From Candidatus Binatia bacterium (lineage in GTDB: Bacteria > Desulfobacterota > Binatia > UBA9968): DNA of 29,820 nucleotides. The notes beneath the pieces are model-generated. The model saw only the letters and a program-made list of their open reading frames with translations, was not told where the DNA came from and made no database searches. Positions 1-8,070 of the stretch are shown piece after piece. A program made the translations under genes and the position numbers. The number at the start of each line of letters is the position of its first letter. Position 1 is the stretch's first letter. The stretch covers positions 1 through 29,820 of the forward strand of contig DASWHT010000265.1 in NCBI GenBank assembly GCA_036398075.1, read 5' to 3'.

Positions 1-709
1 CGATCTCTTCGCTCGGCTGCATGGTGATGCCTTTTTCGGGAGCGATGCGGAACAGATACTGCGCGGGATCGAGGGCTGTGCTGCGCATTTTTTCGATGGT
101 GATGGTGCGCACGAAGCGGCTGTTGGCCAATTCCAACTCCAAGACGATTGTGCCGGCGACAAGATACTCTTCGATGCCGCGGGTGCCTCGGCCTAGGGAT
201 TGGGAAGTGACAAGGGTGGTGATTTCGGGGTTCTTTTGCAGTGACGCGATGAGCATGCGCGCCTGGTCTTGAGCTTTCGACGGGGAATCGGCGGCGTGAA
301 TCAATGGCCCAACGGGATCGATCACCACCCGCGTCGCACCACTCTTGGCGATATGGTTGTTGAGCTCGACGATGATTTTTTGGAGATCGTTTTTCGAACT
401 AATGTCGCTCACCCGCGCAGTGATCAGAGCGGAGGCGTCCAGGATCAGCAAGTCCTTCAGGTCGACATGTGGGGTCAAGTCCCAGCCCAGCGACGCCGCC
501 TGGTCCACCAGGTCGGCGGGTTTTTCGTCGATGGTGACGTAGAGCGCTTTTTCGCCGTCTTTCAGCGCCTGGTGGAGAAATTGCAGCGCGAAAATGGTCT
601 TGCCGGTGCCGGGCTCGCCAAGCGCTAAATAGGTCTTGCCCCGTCTGAAACCGCCGTCGAGCAGGGCATCCAGTTCGTGAATACCGGTGGATACGCGTTT
701 TTCGTTCAT
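1..709 (-). CDS. KaiC/RAD55-like single-domain RecA-fold ATPase, 3' end truncated by the window edge
   Basis: Absent from the ORF track (no stop in window). Manual translation from ATG 709: MNEKRVSTGIHELDALLDGGFRRGKTYLALGEPGTGKT (Walker A)...LYVTIDEKP...RVVIDPV (Walker B)...EEYLVAGTIVL...RTITIEKMRST (KxR finger); open to base 1 (236 codons). Confidence 0.9.
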   Translation of the reverse strand, partial: MNEKRVSTGIHELDALLDGGFRRGKTYLALGEPGTGKTIFALQFLHQALKDGEKALYVTIDEKPADLVDQAASLGWDLTPHVDLKDLLILDASALITARVSDISSKNDLQKIIVELNNHIAKSGATRVVIDPVGPLIHAADSPSKAQDQARMLIASLQKNPEITTLVTSQSLGRGTRGIEEYLVAGTIVLELELANSRFVRTITIEKMRSTALDPAQYLFRIAPEKGITMQPSEEI

Positions 710-806
710 GTGCAAAACTTCCACATTACTGGATCTGTATGGTTTGGCAGCTTGGGCAAAATTTCTGACCGCCAATTATCGTGGCCCCGGCACTCAATGG
801 AACAAA

Positions 807-890
807 TTCTCACTACAAAGCGCAGGAAGGCCATGAAGCGATGGATATTTTTGCTCTTAAGCTTCGTGCTCTTCGCGTCCTTCGTGATAA
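807..890. repeat. Degenerate REP-like palindrome built from 9-nt CACGAAG-type units
   Basis: Left arm cactacaaagcgcaggaaggccatgaag (811-838); right arm cttcgtgctcttcgcgtccttcgtg (862-886). Imperfect complementarity; intergenic. Confidence 0.55.
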
Positions 891-971
891 AGTTTGCGCT
901 TTCATTTTTGGTTGCGTCTCCGCGCGTGTGACCGTCTCCCGATTCTAGGAGAAGGAAGGGGTTAGGGCGCC

Positions 972-3878
972 TCAGGGCGCGCTTCTGCGCACTTTCCACC
1001 GCCCGCTTCGCTCCTTAAGCTCCGCCCGCACGCGCTCGATTTCCGCCGACATCCTTTCCTGGAGTTTGACGAGTTGTTCTTTTTCACTCGGAGGCTGAGT
1101 TGCTGCCGGGTTTTCCCCCTTGGCGATTGGTTCCGGCGCTTGCGTGGCACTTGCCTCTGGCGGCGCCGACACGAACTGAACGGCGACTGGTGCCGAGTTT
1201 TGAGCTCCCTGAATGGCGGCGCTCAACTGCGCCACCCGTTGGATCACGGATTGAGATCTATCCTTTAGTTCTTTCAGCTCGGCATCGCGGCTTTCGAAGA
1301 CGCTGAATTTCTGCGTCACCTGCTGGTTCAACTCATGAATCTTGGCGCTCAAGTTTTCTTCCAGGCAGCGCAGCGCCGGATCGGAAGATGTCATCACAGC
1401 GGGCCGTTGGAGGAGATCCGTTTTGAGCTTGGCCATTTCGGTTGTAAACCCGGCGATGATCTGTTCGGCTTCTTGGCTGCGCTCGGCGTCGCGCCTGTCG
1501 AGGAGAACCAGTTTCTCTGCCACCTGTTGTTGCGATTCTTGAATCTTCGCGCCGAACAATTCTTCGAGGCCGCGCAGGGCGGCGTCCGCGGTGACTTCCG
1601 GGCGCTCGTTCAGGCCTGATTTAAGTGCGGTAATTTCGCCCTGCAGCACGGCGATCTCATTATGCAGGGCCTCTAGGGTCTCATCGGCTTGCCGTGCGCG
1701 CTCGGCGTCCCGGCTGTCGATGAGCGTGAATCTCTCCGCCAGTTGTTGATCGAGTTCGTGAATCTTGGTCCGGAGCGATTCCTGAATGGTATACGACAAA
1801 CTTTCGGCGGACGGAAGACGGCTCTGCTGCTGCACGAAATCCGCTCTAAAAGTTCCCAGCTCAGCATTGAGGCGGTTTAAGGCTTGTTCTGTTTGCTGGA
1901 CGCGCTCGCTGTCGCGGCTGTCATAGAGGCTGAATTTTCGGGTTACTTGTTCTTCAAGTTGGCTCAAGTTGGCGCCAAGGGTTTCTTGCAAGCCGCGAAT
2001 GATCGATTGGGAAGGGGGGGGCGGGCGTTGATCGAACGATGCTTTGAAAGCACTGAATTCGCCGCAGAGATCGGTGAGGCTCTGCTCGACGTGTTGGTGG
2101 GTTGCGGTGGCCCGACCCTCTGCCTGGCGGCCCTGAGATTCCAACTGGCTTGTTCGCTCGCTGAGCGCGCCAAATTCCGAGCGGAGTTGGGCCCATTGTT
2201 CGTGGTCGTAGTCTTGGGACTGAAATTTCTCTTTGAGCTGTGCTTCTAGTTCCTGAATGCTTGCCTTGACGGTTTCTTCCAAACGCTCAAGACGGGAGTG
2301 ACGGTATTCGATCTGGCTCTGGCGTTCGCTGAGGCGCACTTGCATCGCGCTCAGCTCGGCGCTGAAAGACTCGCGGAGACCCTTGCCCCAGTGGTCGAAC
2401 CCTTCCCGTTCGACGGCCAGTTGGCGCTGGAGTTCGTCAATTTTGACGCCGAGCTTGTGCTCGATTTCGGACATCCGCGCCTCGGGCAGACGAAAGGCGC
2501 GCTGTTGCTCGTTGAGTTCGGCTTTGAGCGCCGTGATTGCGCTTTTGAAGCCCTCCTCCAATTCCTCGGCGTGCTTGGCGCTGGCGTCAGCCCGGGCCTG
2601 CACCCTTTGAGCCACAGACTCTACCTGGCCGATGCGCTGCGCCAGCGTCTGAATTTCCGGTTTAAGACGAGCCAGTCCTTCATGGCCGCTGGCGAGGGCG
2701 CGTAGCTTCTCGCCGTTACGCTCCTCTTGCTCCGTGAGTTTAGCGCCTAGACTCGCTCCGAGTTCCCTGGCGCGGTTTTCTTGTTCGGCGTCGTGGCTCG
2801 CGAGGAGCATGAATTTTTGCGCTGTCAGGTGTTGCCATTCCTCGAGCTTGGCGCGCAGCGACGCTTCGAGGTCTTCGATGGCCAGCTGGCGCGTCTGAGC
2901 CTCGCCGAGCTTGGCGTGCAGCGCCGCCAGTTCCGTTGCGATTTTCTCGCGAAAGTCTGACGCTAAACTCACTTCACCCGGCACCAGCGCTTGGATCTCA
3001 CGCGACTGCGACTCTGTTTTCGTCAAGCGCTCCGCGAGCATGGCTAGCTCGGAGTCGAGCTGTCCGAGCCGTGCGTCGCGCCCGAGCTGAACATGATGTT
3101 CCTGCGCCAGCCGGCTTAGAATTTCTTCGATCTTGTCACCCAGGCTCTGGGTAATTTCATCGAGCAGGGAATCGGGCCGGCGGCCGTTGCGCTGTTGGTC
3201 ATTGAGTTCGGCGAATACCGCTTTTAGCGCGACGATTTCTCCCTTGAGGTTTTCGGCGGTGTGTTCGAGTTGCTGAGCATTGCGCGACGCGAAGGATCGG
3301 GTTTGCCAGGCAGTTGACTCAGCTTGACCGACCCGTTCAGTGAGCGACTGTGCCTCAGATTTGAGATGACGCAACTCTCCCTGGGCGGCGCGGACACCGC
3401 CAAGCTCTTCACGTATTTTATCTTCCAAAGCTCGGATCTGGGCGCCGAACGATTCTTCTAGCCTTTCGAATCCCGAGTAGCGAGCTTCCAGTTCCGTTTG
3501 TCGACCGCTGAGTTGCGCCCGCAAAACGCCTAGCTCATCTTGAACAAACTCTTTGGTGGCGTCGCCAGGAGCCTTTGCGCCTTCGATCCGCGTCATGCGG
3601 TCAGAATAGACGGAAATCTCGGATTTAAGATGGTTAAGCTCCGCCTCGCGGCTCTCTAGTATCTGGTGCTGCAATTCGGCGATCTGACCGACCAGCGTAG
3701 TTTCCAAATGTTTGATCTGGTCGACCCGTTGCGTTTCGCCGGCGGCAAAGGACTGAGCGAGCCCAAGATCGGCTTCTGCCTTTCTTACGAGCCAATCGAA
3801 CAACGTATCTTTGCCACTACCCATCCGTCCTCCGTCGCGGTTGGACGGAGTCTCGCTTTTTTCGTCAAACAATCCCAC
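972..3878 (-). CDS. 968-aa internally repetitive coiled-coil protein of unknown function
   Basis: Long ORF; GTG start with GAGGAG RBS. Glu/Gln/Leu/Ala/Arg-rich heptads; no TM segment, signal peptide or NTPase motif seen. Four tandem 68-73 aa repeats (KFxxxDxRDxE). Confidence 0.88.
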   Translation of the reverse strand: MGLFDEKSETPSNRDGGRMGSGKDTLFDWLVRKAEADLGLAQSFAAGETQRVDQIKHLETTLVGQIAELQHQILESREAELNHLKSEISVYSDRMTRIEGAKAPGDATKEFVQDELGVLRAQLSGRQTELEARYSGFERLEESFGAQIRALEDKIREELGGVRAAQGELRHLKSEAQSLTERVGQAESTAWQTRSFASRNAQQLEHTAENLKGEIVALKAVFAELNDQQRNGRRPDSLLDEITQSLGDKIEEILSRLAQEHHVQLGRDARLGQLDSELAMLAERLTKTESQSREIQALVPGEVSLASDFREKIATELAALHAKLGEAQTRQLAIEDLEASLRAKLEEWQHLTAQKFMLLASHDAEQENRARELGASLGAKLTEQEERNGEKLRALASGHEGLARLKPEIQTLAQRIGQVESVAQRVQARADASAKHAEELEEGFKSAITALKAELNEQQRAFRLPEARMSEIEHKLGVKIDELQRQLAVEREGFDHWGKGLRESFSAELSAMQVRLSERQSQIEYRHSRLERLEETVKASIQELEAQLKEKFQSQDYDHEQWAQLRSEFGALSERTSQLESQGRQAEGRATATHQHVEQSLTDLCGEFSAFKASFDQRPPPPSQSIIRGLQETLGANLSQLEEQVTRKFSLYDSRDSERVQQTEQALNRLNAELGTFRADFVQQQSRLPSAESLSYTIQESLRTKIHELDQQLAERFTLIDSRDAERARQADETLEALHNEIAVLQGEITALKSGLNERPEVTADAALRGLEELFGAKIQESQQQVAEKLVLLDRRDAERSQEAEQIIAGFTTEMAKLKTDLLQRPAVMTSSDPALRCLEENLSAKIHELNQQVTQKFSVFESRDAELKELKDRSQSVIQRVAQLSAAIQGAQNSAPVAVQFVSAPPEASATQAPEPIAKGENPAATQPPSEKEQLVKLQERMSAEIERVRAELKERSGRWKVRRSAP

Positions 3879-3935
3879 TTGATTGGCTCCTCGGTTTTTA
3901 AGATTTGGGCGGATACTTGCGCCAGCTACATGTAG

Positions 3936-3967
3936 TTATCGGTCACAGACAAGCCAAACTTGTGCCA
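3936..3967 (-). promoter_or_regulatory. Overlapping candidate sigma54 and sigma28 promoters for the coiled-coil gene
   Basis: Minus strand TGGCAC-AAGTT-TGGCT (3967-3952, GG-N10-GC) overlaps CAAG-N15-ACCGATAA (3962-3936). Confidence 0.5.
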
Positions 3968-4147
3968 GCAGTGAGATTCTTGATGGCTTGACGAAAGTCT
4001 AGGGATCAATAGGGCTCTGGCGGAGTTAGAATCAACTTTAGCGGTCGTAATTGGACGGCGACAGTCGAAAAACTGTCACCAGGTGCAACCTGCGTCCGTG
4101 TTTTCTTGCGTCTGACTAGTTCGCAGGCGGGAGGCCGGGGTGGCTCG

Positions 4148-4163
4148 CGTCAAGGAAATGACA
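4148..4163. promoter_or_regulatory. Candidate sigma54-activator (FleQ-box-like) site
   Basis: CGTCA-AGGAAA-TGACA palindrome between two divergent sigma54 motifs; the same motif recurs at 14074 and 18920. Confidence 0.5.
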
Positions 4164-4300
4164 GCCAGGCTCGTAAGTTTCTTCATCGCCTCAAAGTGTC
4201 CCTGCGTTTCCGTCGCGCAGGAGTGCAGATTTGGCTCACCGCGGAGTGGAGGACAGTATCGTGATCGAGCTTTTACCGGTGATCCAATCTAGTATCACCA

Positions 4301-4316
4301 TGGCAAGCTTATTGCG
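4301..4316 (+). promoter_or_regulatory. sigma54 promoter of the chemosensory operon
   Basis: TGGCAA-GCTTA-TTGCG with exact GG-N10-GC spacing, about 90 nt before ATG 4409. Confidence 0.7.
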
Positions 4317-4408
4317 TCAGCTCCATTAATTTGATTCCAGCCATGCTGCCTAGAGCGCGACGCCAGGAAGCCCGTGGCATATCGTGGGGGTGAAAAGGCG
4401 GTCTAGCG

Positions 4409-4792
4409 ATGTCCAAAAATAGGGGCAACAAAAGAATTCTGTTGGTGGATGATTCGGAAACCGTTCTCATGTTGGAGCGGATGATTCTCAAGGGGGGCAG
4501 TTACGAACTGGCGATGGCAAAAGACGGCAAAGAAGCGGTTGCCAAGGCGCTGGCGCTGAGACCGGATTTGATTCTGATGGACGTGATCATGCCGAAGATG
4601 AACGGGTTCGACGCGATACGCGAGTTGCGTCGACGCCCCGAGACCCGGTCGATTCCCATTCTTATTGTAACTACGAAGGGGGAAGAAGAAAGCATGGAAA
4701 CCGGCTACCTGAGCGGTTGTAATGACTACATCACCAAGCCCATTGACAGCCTGGAGTTGCTCACCAAGATACGAAGCTTTCTTGGTACGTAA
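4409..4792 (+). CDS. Single-domain response regulator (CheY-like receiver)
   Basis: ILLVDDS, LILMD (phospho-Asp) VIMPKMNG, VTT, YITKP; no output domain. Confidence 0.92.
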   Translation: MSKNRGNKRILLVDDSETVLMLERMILKGGSYELAMAKDGKEAVAKALALRPDLILMDVIMPKMNGFDAIRELRRRPETRSIPILIVTTKGEEESMETGYLSGCNDYITKPIDSLELLTKIRSFLGT

Positions 4793-4821
4793 GGCATTCA
4801 AACCTGAGGATAGTTAAACTT

Positions 4822-5583
4822 ATGGCAAAGGCGCCAAGAAGGAAGAGGATCTCTAAAGGGTGGCCCAAAACCGCCCGGGATATCCCCGCTACGCCAGGCG
4901 ATCTTGTGCCCGTGCGCAGACAAGCGGCCGCCGTTGAAGGTGAAACCCCGCGATTGCGCAACCGCGTGGCCGAACTGGAGAAAGAACTCGAACGGTTGCA
5001 AACCGAGCGTATCGACGCAGTTGTCCAGGGATCAGGCGGGGATAGGCTGTTGGCTCAGCAATTCGTTGCCACGGAGTTACAGCACGGCGACATGGCTAGT
5101 CTCTACGTCGCAAGCACGAGGCTGCAAGCGACGCTAAGAAAGCAGGAGGTATTGGCGGCTATCCGTGAAATCGTCATAAACCTGATCGGAGTTGAGGAGA
5201 TGGCGTTGTTCGAGAACCATCCTCGGACGTCGACGTTGTCGTTGATCGATTACTACGGTAATGGGTGGGCGAATCATTCCAATATCCCTGTTGGCGAAGG
5301 TCCCATTGGACGAGTCGCGTTGACCGGCGATTGCTATTTTCACGACCTGAAGGGCACTGAACGGGAGCCCGGCAATGCGAACATGCCGACGGCCTGTGTT
5401 CCATTAAAAGTGGACGGCGTGGCGTGGGGAGTGATCGTGATTCTTCGCCTATTGCCACAAAAGGACCGTCTAGTGGCGCTCGACTATCAACTTCTTGACC
5501 TCCTTTCAACTCAGGCGGGAATTGCGCTTCACTGCGCCGAATTGAGTGCCGAGCGGGCCGCGGCTAGGGAGATCATGGCATGA
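4822..5583 (+). CDS. Soluble coiled-coil + GAF domain protein
   Basis: RBS TGAGGA; basic N-tail, coiled coil (LRNRVAELEKELERL), GAF signatures (IPVGEGPIGRVALTG, ACVPLKVDG..WGVIVI, LLDLLSTQAGIAL); ATGA overlap with cheD. Confidence 0.82.
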   Translation: MAKAPRRKRISKGWPKTARDIPATPGDLVPVRRQAAAVEGETPRLRNRVAELEKELERLQTERIDAVVQGSGGDRLLAQQFVATELQHGDMASLYVASTRLQATLRKQEVLAAIREIVINLIGVEEMALFENHPRTSTLSLIDYYGNGWANHSNIPVGEGPIGRVALTGDCYFHDLKGTEREPGNANMPTACVPLKVDGVAWGVIVILRLLPQKDRLVALDYQLLDLLSTQAGIALHCAELSAERAAAREIMA

Positions 5584-6149
5584 CGCCGAAATTTAAAGCC
5601 AATGCAAACTCTACTGCTGCACGGACCTTGGTAGGGGGTTGGACGGCGTGCACCGTTGCGGACAACGGGAGACTTCGCGTGGCCCCGGATAGCGGCGCGC
5701 GGACTAAGGTGTATCTTCACCCTGGTCAACTGTTTACCGCCGCCCATCCCAGCGCCATTACAACCGTTCTGGGTTCCTGCGTATCCCTGTGTCTTTGGGA
5801 CCCGGTGCTGAAAATCGGCGGCGTCAATCATTATTTGTTGCCGTTCTGGGTGGGGGACGATATAGCATCGCCCCGTTTCGGAACAGTAGCGATCGAGACT
5901 TTGATCGAAAAAGTCCTTTCTCTTGGAGCGCGCAAGAATCGATTACGGGCGAAACTCTTCGGCGGTGCCTGTGTCATTGAGGCCTTTCGGGAAAGGAAAG
6001 ATCATGTTGGGATCGTCAACGCTCGGCTGGCTGAAAATATGTTGCACATGCAGGGTATCCCAGTGGTGGAGCGGGACCTGGCAGGACGCAGGGGCCGCAA
6101 GCTCGTCTTCAACACGGACGATGGTACGTCGTGGATCAAGTACCTTTAG
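5580..6149 (+). CDS. cheD: Chemoreceptor glutamine deamidase CheD
   Basis: YLHPGQ, TTVLGSCVSLCLWD (catalytic Cys), GGVNHYLLP (His), AKLFGGA, DLAGRRGRKLVF. Confidence 0.95.
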   Translation: MTPKFKANANSTAARTLVGGWTACTVADNGRLRVAPDSGARTKVYLHPGQLFTAAHPSAITTVLGSCVSLCLWDPVLKIGGVNHYLLPFWVGDDIASPRFGTVAIETLIEKVLSLGARKNRLRAKLFGGACVIEAFRERKDHVGIVNARLAENMLHMQGIPVVERDLAGRRGRKLVFNTDDGTSWIKYL

Positions 6150-6229
6150 GAGGTCGCCAAAAAAGAACGATATGCCAGTATGTTTCATAATAAGCCTGTG
6201 TGAAAGTTGTGCTCAGTCAAGTCGCGCCA

Positions 6230-6291
6230 TTCGTGCTCGTTTCTCGTGCTCGTGCTCGAACGAACACGAGCCACGAATACGAACGACGAAT
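6230..6291. repeat. Degenerate REP-like hairpin of CTCGTG/CACGAG hexamer units
   Basis: ttcgtgctcgtttctcgtgctcgtgctcg followed by cgaacacgagccacgaatacgaacgacgaa, in the cheD-cheA gap. Confidence 0.6.
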
Positions 6292-6368
6292 ACCGCGCGC
6301 CTCACCTCTGAGATTTTTTTGAGCGGCCCGAATTCAGAGTCTGTCGGCGCTCTATTAGGAAGCGGAGC

Positions 6369-8033
6369 ATGGCTCTAGATATCGATATAGATCTCGAAAC
6401 AATCCTTCGCACCTTCGCCGCGGAATGCGAAGAGCGCATCGCTGAAATGGAAGAGGCGATGGTGGCCCTGGAATCGCATCCCGAGAACCGAGAACTTCTC
6501 AATACGATTTTTCGCGGTGCTCATACGATAAAGGGTAACGCTGCTAGTCTGGGAATGGCCACGGTGGCTGAGTTCACCCACGCGTTAGAAAGTCTCTTGC
6601 AGCGCTTGCGCGCCGGAGCGATTCCGGTAAGTCGCAAGGCGGTAACACTCTTGCTCCAGTCTGTTGACGCGCTGCGCGAAATGTTGCCGGGGGCCATGGC
6701 CGGGGAGGAGCAACGCAAGTCGGATCACGCGGCGTTGCTCTTAAGGCTTGCCGAGGGCGGCGTCGGCATCGAGCAGCATCCGCGCACCGCCGAGGTGGAA
6801 AATATAGAAGAACCTGCCGGCGGCGCGCGCAACGGCACGATCCGCGTGGAAATTCAAAAGCTCGACCGCATGCTCAATCTCGCCGGGGAAATCGCCATCG
6901 CTCAGGGACGATTGCACCAGGCCTTGGGCGGCGAAAAAGCCGGAAAAGACGCCATTGAAGCCCGCGAGCAATTGGAACGCCTGTCTTTGGATTTGCAAGA
7001 AGAGATCATGAAAGTCCGCATGGTGCCGGTGGGCCCGGTTTTTCGCCAGTATGCTCGGGTCGTACGCGATGTCGCGCTGGCTGCGGGTCGGGAGGCGCGC
7101 CTCGCCTTGGAAGGCGAAGACGCGGAGATCGATCTCAGTGTGGTCGAGCATCTCAAAGATCCGCTCACGCACATGGTCCGTAACGCCATCGATCACGGCA
7201 TCGAATCGCCCGAGACGCGCCGCGCGCGGGGAAAAGACCCCTGCGGACTTCTCACTCTCAAAGCTTTCCGTGATGGGGGCACCATCGTCGTGCAGCTCAT
7301 CGACGACGGTGCCGGCTTGAATTGTGAGCGCATTATTGCCCGTGCCAAAGAGCGGGGTTTGGTCGCGAACGGCGATAAATTATCCGAACAGGAAATTTTC
7401 CAGTTCATTTTCGAACCGGGGTTTTCCACGGCGACGACCGTCACGGAGCTGTCGGGACGCGGCGTCGGTATGGAGGTCGTTAGGCGCGACATCGAAGCCG
7501 TGCGTGGATCTGTGGGGCTTCAAAGCGAAGCGGGCAGGGGTACTACGTTCACTATCCGTTTGCCGCTGACGCTGGCGATCATCGAAGGCTTCGGTGTCGG
7601 CGTCGGCGACGATACTTATATTTTTCCGTTACATGCGGTGCGGGAGTGCTGGCCATTCGTCGGCCAAGAACAGGCTGGCGCCAACGGCCGAGGAATGATC
7701 AACTTGCGCGGCGAGCCTCTTCCTTACGTTCGGCTACGCCACCGTTTCGGCATCGAGGCGTCGCGCCCGGGGCGCGAATCTGTCGTCGTCGTGGCATCCC
7801 AGGGCGTAAAGGCCGGGATCGTGGTAGACACTCTCTACGGTCCGCGCCAAACGGTGATCAAACCGTTAGACAAGCAGTTGTTCCGTTCCTCGAGTATCGC
7901 CGGCTCGGCGATCCTCGACAATGGCCGTGTGGCGCTGGTTCTGGACATTCCAAGTGTGCTCCGAGACGTGATCCAAAGTTCCAGTCAAGTAAGTCGCGCC
8001 AACGCACTACCCCTGATCGAACAAGAGCGGTAG
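6369..8033 (+). CDS. cheA: Chemotaxis histidine kinase CheA lacking a P2 domain
   Basis: Hpt (FRGAHTIKG), short linker to dimerization domain (TIRVEIQKLDRMLNLAGE), HATPase boxes (HMVRNAIDHGIE, DDGAG, GFST, SGRGVGM), C-terminal CheW-like domain. Confidence 0.97.
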   Translation: MALDIDIDLETILRTFAAECEERIAEMEEAMVALESHPENRELLNTIFRGAHTIKGNAASLGMATVAEFTHALESLLQRLRAGAIPVSRKAVTLLLQSVDALREMLPGAMAGEEQRKSDHAALLLRLAEGGVGIEQHPRTAEVENIEEPAGGARNGTIRVEIQKLDRMLNLAGEIAIAQGRLHQALGGEKAGKDAIEAREQLERLSLDLQEEIMKVRMVPVGPVFRQYARVVRDVALAAGREARLALEGEDAEIDLSVVEHLKDPLTHMVRNAIDHGIESPETRRARGKDPCGLLTLKAFRDGGTIVVQLIDDGAGLNCERIIARAKERGLVANGDKLSEQEIFQFIFEPGFSTATTVTELSGRGVGMEVVRRDIEAVRGSVGLQSEAGRGTTFTIRLPLTLAIIEGFGVGVGDDTYIFPLHAVRECWPFVGQEQAGANGRGMINLRGEPLPYVRLRHRFGIEASRPGRESVVVVASQGVKAGIVVDTLYGPRQTVIKPLDKQLFRSSSIAGSAILDNGRVALVLDIPSVLRDVIQSSSQVSRANALPLIEQER

Positions 8034-8070
8034 CGGAGAGATAAGTTGCTGGTAGCCAAAGGAGAAAGTC

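Noticed and set aside
1-709. Circadian clock kaiC
   Set aside because: Single domain as far as visible, no Ser/Thr phosphosites, and no kaiA or kaiB in the window; only KaiC-like is supportable.
21-999. Track ORFs 21-272, 269-628, 345-542, 677-931 and 706-999
   Set aside because: Antisense or off-frame to the KaiC-like gene, or running through a REP-like element; no motifs.
2014-2021. G8 run (also G7 at 15214-15220 and about 17392-17398) as phase-variation tracts
   Set aside because: Short, in frame (encoding poly-Pro or poly-Gly) and expected in GC-rich DNA; no frameshift seen.
972-3878. SMC/SbcC or MCP identity for the coiled-coil protein
   Set aside because: No Walker A/B or signature motif, no hinge domain and no MCP hairpin tip.
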